A stretch of DNA of 64,000 nt from NCBI RefSeq assembly GCF_044704955.1, contig NC_091996.1:57350001-57414000 (forward strand), read 5' to 3'. This DNA is from Pristiophorus japonicus (taxonomy: Eukaryota). The position numbers and the translations under genes were made by a program. The notes below the pieces were generated by a model. The model was not told the origin of the DNA. It did not search any database and worked only from the letters and a program-made list of their open reading frames with translations. Shown piece by piece: positions 22,868-32,370 of the stretch. Each line of letters starts with the position of its first letter. Position 1 is the first letter of the stretch.

Positions 22868-23708
22868 GTCAGGGTCCCTTTGGGGGCCACACTCACTCCA
22901 ATGTCACAGGCCCAAAAAGTCTTAATGGCCTCCTAAATTTAGCAGAGGGAGCTCTTAATTAGGCACATCTCTCCCCTGCGGGTTTAACAATTGGGGAGGC
23001 GCCTTTTTCCCTCTGCTCAGTTGTCTTGATTTCATTAAATTAAAAAGAAGAGAAGGAGAGGCCTCTCAGAGAGAGAGAGAAACTGGAGAGACAGAGAGAG
23101 ACAGAGAGAGAAAGAGCGAAGGGGCTGGGAAAGAGGGAGGCTGTGAGGGCAGGGTCGCCCCTCTCAGTGTTGGGTGGGTGCACGCGGAGGTGAACTCTCC
23201 GATGGAAATAGAAAGTCTTTATCGATGGTCTTCTGGTGGGGGGAAAAGATGTCTTTGCTCGGGATAACTGGAACCACCCAGGAACAGTCCTCCACTAGGA
23301 CTCAACGTTGTAATTAATTGACAGGCAGCTCTGGCTGCCACGGGCCAGGCAATGGGGGAGGGGTGCATTTAGTAGTGTGTGGGGCCCAGTTATATGCAAG
23401 AACCCCACACACTTACACACACATACCCCCGCACCCCCCCCCCCGCGCCCCCCCCATGATATTCCAGCCTTCTTAAATGATCTTCTTTCCTTCCCCAGTT
23501 GCTGCAGCTTTTTATTTTACCCTCTCTCCAACTCTTTGGCAGCAGTGTTGTAGCTCTTGCTCTCCTCCTCTCCCTCAAGGTGTTGAAACAGTAGGCCTCT
23601 TCCTCCTCTCCTGCAGACTCAGGTTGCAGCAGCAGCAATTGCAGCAGCTCCTTTCAGCAGGCTCACAGCTCTCAAGTGACTAAGCCACTCCCGCAACAGC
23701 TCTACAAC

Positions 23709-24491
23709 TATTTTAAGTTGCACCTGTAAATCAAATAATCAAGTAAATCGTGCCCCCTGGTTAAAGGGAGGGAGGGCACTAAAACCGACACAATTAAACA
23801 AATTAAACTTTGGACAGTCAACTGGTTCAAATTAAAATTTGGTTGCCGGGGGTAACGATGCACTCCAGTCCCTCCAGTGCCCACCTCTCGCAGAAGGCCA
23901 TGATCGTACCGGTGGGCACTGCGTGCTCCATCTCTAAGGACACCCTGGACCGGATGTAGGCGCGGAAGAGAGGCAGGCAGTCAGGCTGAACGACCCCCTC
24001 GACCGCCTGCTGCCTGGCCCAGCTGATGGCCCCCTTGGCCATGCCCAGGAGCAGTCCTACGAGAAGGCCTTCCAACCTGCCCGCTCCCCTCCGCACAGGG
24101 TGCCCAAAGATCAGGAGCGTGGGACTGAAGTGCAACCAGAAATTGAGGAGCAGCCCCTTCAAATAATGAAATAGGAGCTGCAACCTCACACATTCCATAA
24201 AAATGTGGAACACGGACTCTTCCAGACCGCAGAAATTGCAGGCGGCCTGGGAGTCCGTGAAACGGCTAAAGAAATTATTGCACGGGACTGCTCCGTGCAC
24301 CACCCTCCAGGCCAAGTCCCCGATAAATAGTGGGAGGACTCCCACATAGAGTACTCCATCGGGGACCCCTGCCTCCTCCGGATAGCAAGATGGTGTGCCA
24401 TGATGTGTCCGGATGGCAGACGAGGATGGCAAGTTGGAGAGTGTGCAGGAGAAGCCTGTACAGGAAACCCCTCTGTGCAGAACTGAAAGGA
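23709..24491 (-). mobile_element. Tx1 copy B, 5'-truncated
   Basis: 'GDLAWRVVHGAVPCN...ACNFCGLEESVFHIFMEC' (zf-RVT) plus 3' UTR; flanked by target repeats. Confidence 0.9.
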
Positions 24492-24506
24492 CAACAGCTC
24501 TGTAAC

Positions 24507-25407
24507 TCTTTTGGGAGGGGGACAAAATAGACAGTTAGTTCGAGTGCCCCCCAATCTGGGGGACTCGAACTAAAACACTTTTCGAATGTCCTTTTTTTGT
24601 TTTTTGTTTTTTTTTATTTTTTTTTTTGTGTTTTTATTTGGGCTTTAAAATCATATATTTTACAAGTGCCCCCTATAAAAGGGGAGGGGGACACTAAAAA
24701 CCCAGCAATGAAAACAAATTAAAGGTTAAAACATATAAAATCAAATTAAAAGTTGGTTGCCGGGAGTAACAATGCACTCCAGTCCCTCCGTTGCCCACCT
24801 CTCGCGGAAGGCCGTGAGCGTACCGGTGGACACCGCGTGCTCCATCTTCAAAGACGCCCTGGCCCGGATGTACGCGCAGAAGAGAGGCAGGCAGTCAGGC
24901 TGAACGACCCCCTCGACCGCCCGCTGCCTGGACCGGCTGATGGCATCCTTGGCCGTGCCCAGGAGTAGTCCTACGAGGAGGCCCTCGGAACTACCCGCTC
25001 CCCTCCGCACAGGGTGCCCAAAGATCAGGAGTGTGGGACTGAAGTGCAACCAGAAATTGAGGAGCAGCCCCTTTAAATAATGGAACAGGGGCTGCAACCT
25101 CGTACATTCGATAAAAACGTGGAACGCGGACTCTTCCAGACCACAGAAATTGCAGGCGGCCTGAGAGCCCGTGAACCGACTAAAAAATTTATTGCACGGG
25201 ACTGCTCCGTGCACCACCCTCCAGGCCAAGTCCCCGATAAATAGTGGGAGGACTCCTGTGTAGAGTGCACTCCATCGGGGACCCCCGCCTCCTCCGCACG
25301 GAAAGATGGTACGCCATGGCATGTCCGGATGGCAGACGAAGATGGCAAGGTGGAGAGTGTGCAGGAGCAGCCTGTATAGGAAATCCCTCTGTGCAGAACT
25401 GAAAGTA
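24507..25407 (-). mobile_element. Tx1 copy C, 5'-truncated
   Basis: ORF 24741..25322 zf-RVT C-terminus; flanked by target repeats. Confidence 0.9.
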
Positions 25408-25422
25408 CAACAGCTCTATAAC

Positions 25423-25462
25423 TCTTTTTGGGAGAAAAAGTAAACATTAAATCAAGTGCCCC
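25423..25462 (-). mobile_element. Tx1 copy D, 40-bp extreme 3' end
   Basis: Matches the 3' end of copy F; flanked by target repeats. Confidence 0.75.
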
Positions 25463-25477
25463 CAACAGCTCCACAAC

Positions 25478-26338
25478 TCTTTTGGAGTTAACAATAAACA
25501 TTAAATCATAAACGTTAAATCATGCCCCCCCGATCTGGGGGACACTCCAAACATTTCCCAAGGCCCATTTTTGGGTTTTTTTTGTAGGTTTTTTTTGGGC
25601 TCTAAAACCATAATTTACAAGTGCCCCCTATAAAAGGGGAGGGCGACTCTGAAAACCCGGCAATTAAAACAAATTAAACTTTAAAACATATAAAATCAAA
25701 TTAAAATTTGGTTGCCGGGGGTGAAAATTCACTCCAGTCCCTCTGGTGCCCACCTCTCGCGGAAGGCCGTGAGCGTACCGGTGGACACCGCGTGCTCCAT
25801 CTCCAGGGACACCCTGGCCCGGATGTACGCGCGGAAGAGAGGCAGGCAGTCAGGCTGAACGACCCCCTCGACCGCCCGCTGCCTGGACCGGCTGATGGCA
25901 CCCTTGGCCGTGCCCAGGAGCAGTCCTACGAGGAGGCCCTCGGACCTACCCGCTCCCCTCCACACAGGGTGCCCAAAGATCAGGAGTGTGAGACTGAAGT
26001 GCAACCAGAAATTGAGGAGCAGCCCCTTTAAATAATGGAACACTCCATAAAAGCGTGGAACACGGACTCTTCCAGACCGCAGAAATTGCAGGCGGCCTGG
26101 GAGCCCGTGAACCGACTAAAAAATTTATTGCACGGGACTGCTCCGTGCACCACCCTCCAGGCCAAGTCCCCAATAAATAGTGGGAGGACTCCCGTGTAGA
26201 GTGCACTCCATCGGGGACCCCCGCCTCCTCCGGACGGAAAGATGGTACGCCATGGCGTGTCCGGATGGCAGACGAGGATGGCAAGGTGGAGAGTGTGCAG
26301 GAGCAGCCTGTGCAGGAAACCCCTCTGTGCAGAAAGGA
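25478..26338 (-). mobile_element. Tx1 copy E, 5'-truncated
   Basis: Same ORF2 C-terminus as copies B and C; small internal deletion near 26041. Confidence 0.9.
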
Positions 26339-26353
26339 CAACAGCTCTATAAC

Positions 26354-26549
26354 TCTTTTAGGGGGAGATAAAATAAACATTAAATCAAGTGCTCCCTGAT
26401 CTGGGGGACACTCCAGACACTTATACCTGGCCTCTTTTTTTGTTGTTTTTTTGGGGGGGTTTTTGTGGGGTTTTTTCCTCTTGTGATTTTTTTGGGGCAT
26501 TAAAATCATATAATTTACAAGTGCCCCCTATAAAAGGGGAGGGGGACAC
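26354..26549 (-). mobile_element. Tx1 copy F, 3' UTR only
   Basis: Two GC hairpins and a T-rich tract as in copies C and E; flanked by target repeats. Confidence 0.85.
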
Positions 26550-26639
26550 CAACAGCTCTACAAACCTGTGAACTTACGCCCAGGTGCATACATTACACTG
26601 TTTTCATTTAGAAATGTTCTGATCTCCCTCTCTGACACT

Positions 26640-28660
26640 CTAGATACAGTCACACTGGAAAGTGGGCAATGCAGATACTGCTATTAAGGAGAAGTGTGAT
26701 ATTCTGGATGAAATAGTGAGAGAGGAGGTATTAAGGGGTTTAGCAGCTTTGAAAGTAGATAAATCCCCAGGCCCGGAAGAAATGCATCCCAGGCTGTTGA
26801 ACGAAGTAAAAGAGGAAATAGCAGAGGCCTTGACCATCATTTTCCAGTCCTCTTTAAATTTGGGCATGGTGCCAGAAGATTGGAGGACTGCTAATGTGGT
26901 ACCCTTGTTTACAAAGGGAGAAAGTGATAGGCCGAGTAATTACAGGTCTGTCAGCCTAACCTCAATGCTGGGAAAATTATTGGAAAAAACCCTTAAAGAC
27001 AGTTTAAATCTACATTTGGAAAGGCAAGGATTAATTAGGGACAGTCAGCACGGATTTGTTGAGGGAAGATCGTGTTTGACTAACCTGATTGAATTTTTTG
27101 AGGAGGTAACCAAGAGGGTCAATGAGGATAGTGCGTACGATGTAAATGGACTTTAGCAAAGCTTTTGATAAGGTCCCACATGGTAGACGGATCATGAAGG
27201 TTAAAACCCATGGGATCCAGGGCAAAGGGGCAAGTAGGATCCAAAATTGGCTTAGTGGTAGGAAGCAAAGGATAATGATTGATGGATGTTTTTGTGACTG
27301 GAAGGAGGTTTCCAGTGAGGTTCCACAGGGCTCAGTACTGGGTCTCTTGCTTTTTGTGGTATATATCAACGATTTAGATTTGAATATCGAGAGTATGATT
27401 AAGAAGTTTGCAGATGACACTAAAATTGGCTGTGGGGTTGATAATGAAGAGGAAAGCTATGGGCTGCAAGAAGATATCAATCTACTGGTCAGGTGGGCAG
27501 AGCAGTGGTAAACAGAATTTAATTCAGAAAAGTGTGAGGTAATGCATTTTGGGAGGGCTAATAAGAAAAAGTAGACACATTAAGCAGTAGGCACTTAATC
27601 ATGTAGATGTACAAAGGGGTCTTGGAGTGCTTGATCCCTGAAAGTAGCAGGCCAGGTGAATAAGGTGATTAAGAAGGCATATGGAATGCTTGCCTTTATT
27701 GGCCGAGGCATAGAATATAAGAGCAGGGAGGTTTTGCTTAAATTGTATAATAATTTGGTTAGGCCACAGCTGGAGTACTACTTGCAGTTCTGGTCGCCGC
27801 ATTATAGGAAGGACATGATTGCACTAGAGAGGTTGCAGAGGAGATTTACCAGGATGCTGCCTGGAATGGAGAATCTTAGATATGAGGACAGATTGAATAG
27901 GCTGGGTTTGTTCGCATTGAAACAGAGGAGGTTGAGAGGAGACCTCACTGAGGTGTACAAAATGTTAAGGGGCCTGGATATAATGGATAGCAAGGCCCTA
28001 TTTCCATTGGTGGAAGCATCAATTACAAGGGGACATAGTTTTAAGGTGGTTGGTGAAAGGTTCAGAGGGGATTTGAGGAGGGGGGGGGCTTCTTTACGCA
28101 GAGGGTTGTGGTGATCTTGAACTCACTGCCTGGAAAACTGGTGGAGTCAGAAACCCTAACCACATTTAAAAGATGGTTGGATGGGTACTTAAAGTGCCGT
28201 AACCTGCAGGGTTACAGACCTAGAGCTAGTAATTGGGATTAGACTGGATAACCTCTTATTGGCCGGCACAGATATGATGGTAAGTACTGCAGGGAATCGA
28301 ATACAGCCAGGGTGATCTCCTGGATTACTTTTGATCGCCTGGATGGGTCAGAGAGGAATTTTCCCAGATTTTTTTCCCCAAATTGGCCTGGGTTTTTATC
28401 TGGTTTTTGCCTCTCCCAGGAGATCACATGGCTTCGGTTAGAGTGGAGTATAGAATGTTTCAGTGTAAGGGGTGTCGCAGTTGTGCAGGGCGGACTGGTT
28501 GGGTTGGGTGCTCTTTACCTTTCCGCCATTGTTCATAGGTTTATATGTAGCCTTCAGGACTGCTGACCGAGGGCTGTGCGACTCTTTGTCGGCCAGCGCG
28601 GACACGATGGGCCGAAATGGCCTCCTTCTGTACTGTAAATTTATATGTTTCTATGTTCTA
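26640..28660 (+). mobile_element. CR1 LINE, 5'-truncated, with RT domain and long 3' UTR
   Basis: 'KSPGPEEMHPRLL', 'PQGSVLG', 'KFADDTK', 'LVRPQLEY'; tail 'tttctatgttcta'. Confidence 0.92.
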
Positions 28661-28954
28661 GTGTCTCATGATCTCAATCCATAGCCTGTAGACTTCAAAC
28701 GAATACCTTTACAACGTGTGTGGCTTAAGATTGTTCAGAGCTAAGAGCAGGACATGGCAAGTGCTTCAGAGTATGAACCGGTTCCCAGTGATCTTCAAAC
28801 GAGTGGCTACAGGTCCATCAGTTTCTCTCAGGAGTCTGATGTAATGATAATTCTTTTCCTCAAAAGATCAGTATCTTTATCAAACTTTACCTTCAAGATA
28901 TTTTTGGTGTATCATAAATGAAGGAAATCCTTTTGCCTAAATCTGCTGTTATAA

Positions 28955-29150
28955 GAACATCTTGCATTTATATAGCTCTTTTAACATATTAAACATCATT
29001 TTTACAGGTGCTTCACAGGAGCATTTTCACAAAATTTGACATCGAGCCACATAAGGAGATATTAGGACAGGTGACCAAAAGCTTGGTTAAATAGATAGGT
29101 TTTAAGGCGCGTCTTCGAGGAAGAGAGAGGTAGCGAGGCGGAAAGGTTGA
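28955..29150 (-). mobile_element. L2-clade LINE 3' end
   Basis: 'ttgcatttatatagc...ggagatattaggacaggtgaccaaaagcttgg'; tail shared with the SINEs in this window. Confidence 0.7.
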
Positions 29151-29777
29151 GGTACAAGTTATTCGTCCGAAATTGGGATGCTTTACAGATGTGACAGATT
29201 AGACCTTTGAAATAGACCTTCTTATCTACTTAGTTATCTTCTACCCATTCTTTTATTTTGGTGTGGCGTGTTCACAATTTATTAAATATCTTCTACGTTT
29301 GTGACTGCAGATTAACCTGCTCCAGGCAAGTCAGGCAGACAACCTCACGTTTTCAGTCACATATCTCATTTAGGTTTTTATGTCAGGGTGAGGGCTGGGG
29401 GAGTGGGACAAGGAACTGATCTGAGGCCTGCCGCATTCACTCTGCTGCGAATCATATGCCATCTGGGAACCATTGAGCTGTAGATTAAGGACAGCAGTGC
29501 AGTGACATCAGGTTCGCACACTGACATCTCCGAATGTCTGGAGGTCAATTAGATCAATTATCTCTTGTCACACTTATCTCATCAGACGCAGGATTCATTC
29601 CAGCTGCAAGCTGCTAATGCCACTGAAGCAGTGCTGGATATGTGGGCCGTTCGTTCTGACCACTCGAGCTGTTATTGGCTGGAGACCCTAAAAAACCAAA
29701 CACACTCACGTTCATTCTGCAGCAGCCAAGAATTTACTTTGTTACTTACCATTCAGAAAGAAAGTTAGGAAGTTCCT

Positions 29778-30503
29778 GGGGGCTGAAAATCCCCTGTTGT
29801 GTGCCTCCTGTTAACATCTCCGGGGAGGTGGGGGGGCGTTAATAGGGTGCAAAGGTGTTTTCCCCTTTGGGGGAGAGCGCTACGGGCTCCCATGAAATGG
29901 CACGGGAGTTAGCGGACGTGCAAATGCATTAGCGCCCCGGGCTGCTGCACCAGCAATGATTACGTTAGCGCAGTGCAAGGTGGCAGCTTTCCGGCCCACG
30001 CTGAAAATACAACAACGTGAAGCCGCCACGGGCAATGCTGGACACCCATCGCGGGGCAAAAGTTAAAAGGGGTTGCGCTGTGCCACCCGCCGCCATCTTT
30101 GTTTATTACCCCCAGTTACCGGTCCAGCCGTAGTCGCACGATATCGCGGAGTCTGTGCCGCGATCGTGCAGCCCAGCATTCCGTTTCGGTGCCAGGCTGC
30201 GGCCACAGCACCCCTTAGCCCTGCTGGCACAGTGGAGGCCATCAAAGGGCCATACAGAACTCGCAGTGTCCCAGCCCTTTAACGGAATTGGAGGGGCGTT
30301 GGAATGCCTGTGTGCGTTACGCACCGCGCTCTGCAGTGCACCCGGGTAGCATCCCTGATTCCGCTCCAAAAGGAAGTGGAGCGCACAACATTGTGCTCCA
30401 CTTCCTGTGAGGGGCAGTAACCGGAATTTCGCTTCCGGGCGCAGGATGTCCTGCGCCGGAAACGTTACTGCCCCCAACTGGGGCGATTGGGAAATTCACC
30501 CCC
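29778..30503. mobile_element. Harbinger-type MITE
   Basis: TIR gggggctgaaaatccc...gggaaattcaccccc; GC-rich noncoding interior. Confidence 0.65.
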
Positions 30504-30648
30504 GATCGCTATGGTTCAGGTAATAAAGGGTTAATTTATGAGAACAGGTTGCTAAACTTGGCTGGTATTCCCTTGAGTTTAGAAGGCTGTGGAGTGATCT
30601 AATCCAGGTGTTTAAAATGATAAAGGGATTTGGTAGGGTAGATACAGA

Positions 30649-32243
30649 GGGCCCAAATTTCCCCAACTCCTTTTTACGGCGCACTCTCCTGAGATGCGTC
30701 AACTTTGTGTGCTGGAAACGGCGCCGAAAAACGTACTCACGATTTTGGCCACTCTGCTGTGTGTCCCGGGTCCTGGCGCGGCGCTCCTCGTGGAGTGGGG
30801 GGGAAGGGGTGGAGCTACAGCCCTGCGCCAAAAACAGTGGCAGCAGCTGCGCACGTGCTCAGTAGAGCGGTCCCGCATGCGCAGTAGCTCCGTCCCATGA
30901 TTGTGATGATGATGCCTGCAGAACGCATCCCGCCCCTGTCCCAGGCCGAATGGCCTGTCATACAGGCTGGCCGCTGCAAGAAACAGGTTGGTGCGACTGA
31001 GTTTTGATCGGGGCGAGAGAGAGAGAGAGGGGGGAGAGGTTGGTCGTCTTTGGCTGCAGTCTAGTGGTTCGGACCGAGGATAGCTTGGCGTGCAGCGACG
31101 TCGATTGCCATGCTGGACTGGCTTTGCGTTCGTGTGGCTGGGTGGCGGTTTGCCAAAGAGTCTCTGCAGTGCCGTGTGTTGCGCTGGACCTCGATGTCCT
31201 TCCACACGTGGCCCGCTTGGCTCGAGCACACTTGCCGACCTTTGAGCGTGCACCCAAGTCAGTCCTCGTACGTCTCGCCGCTGTCGCTGCTGCCTGCTTT
31301 TATCCTCCAACACTCCGCGCTGCCCAGCCACTGCCCTTCTATCTCTCTCTCGCTCTCACTTCGATGTCGCCTGTCCCTCTGGTGCTTTCTCTCTCTCTCT
31401 CTGAATCAGGACTCCAGCGACTCGTGCACCCAGCACCCCCCCCTCGTCTGTCCGTCTGTACTATCCCACCCGGGTTGGTCTTGATGACAGCGGTGTGGGT
31501 ATTGTTGTGCTGGAGATGCCGGCCGGCACTGACAAAATACCTTTCTGCCTACGACCTGCGACCCCAGGGCTGAACTTGGGCGTGTCGACCGATCTCCGAA
31601 CTCCTTTCGGGACTAAATGGAGTCATCTGCAGTCCCTCACGCGAGGGAGCCGAAGCCCCATGCCTCTGCCAGGTTTCAGGTTGCCGTTTTCAAAGCCCGA
31701 CCAAAAACCCGAAAAATGAGCAAAAAGGGAAAAAATTCCCGCCCGAAAAGGGTTGAAAGTCGATGGGGCGGCAGCCGCGTTCTCCCTACCCTATCCCAGG
31801 CCGAAGGAACTCCTGCACGGCCAGCTGCTGCCGAGTTTAGTCGAAGGTAGGATTTACTTCAGCTCTTTATTTGTTCATTTAATTATTTACTTCAGTTCTT
31901 TATTTTTTATTGAATGGTTATTACTGCTTGTGCTTTGTTAGGTGCTTGGTGGTGCTTGAAATGTTTTTACTTGCGCCGATTCCTTAACTGTAAGTAAGGT
32001 CTTTTTGTGCCGACCAAAGTGGACACATAAGCTGCCCTAAGTTAGTTTAGTACAACTTTTTTCTGGCCAAATTGGCATAAATGGTGTAAGTGGCTGGGAA
32101 CGACCCCTTTTGAAAAAAAACTGATCCAACAAAAAACCTAACGAACACTGGCACAAATTAAATAGCCATATTTGCAACTAAAAAGATACACCAGAAAAAT
32201 CAAGTTACACCAAAAAAAAACGGTGCAACTCATGGGGAAATTC
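30649..32243. mobile_element. Non-autonomous Harbinger-like DNA element with GC-rich interior
   Basis: TIR gggcccaaatttcccca...tggggaaatt (right end eroded). Confidence 0.65.
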
Positions 32244-32370
32244 TAGAGAAACTGGCCCTGAAATTCCAGCCTCCCCAGGACCGTACGGAGTGTGTATGGA
32301 ACTGGAAAGGCATCACATAAGCCGGTTTTCGGCACGCAATGCGCATGTGCCGAAAACCAGCTTTTCCCAT

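Larger units (their letters stand above)
20320..23693 (-). mobile_element. Tx1-clade non-LTR retrotransposon copy A: 5' UTR and ORF1 present, ORF2 almost entirely deleted
   Basis: ORF1 with zinc knuckle 'CHACKEVGHVCKNC'; the APE N-terminus 'MEITIASLNING...CFLQEIH' is joined to the ORF2 C-terminus 'EGLECVITPVNQILI'. Confidence 0.88.
20073..26597 (-). mobile_element. Solo LTR (~280 bp: 20073-20319 + 26564-26597) interrupted by the Tx1 array
   Basis: TGTCATGTA...TACATTACA termini; 5-bp TSD CTGTC/CTGTT; minus-strand AATAAA. Confidence 0.8.

Noticed and set aside
20305-26564. Seven 15-bp direct repeats resembling a CRISPR array
   Set aside because: The intervening sequences are 40-3400 bp, mutually homologous Tx1 fragments in a eukaryotic context; the repeats are TSDs.
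29480-29750. Possible host exon or conserved enhancer (also 45720-46200)
   Set aside because: Non-repetitive in appearance, but no recognisable protein or convincing splice pair; conservation cannot be assessed without alignments.
30699-31573. ORFs of 210 and 189 aa as host genes
   Set aside because: Low-complexity, GC-driven ORFs with no domain, inside a TIR element.
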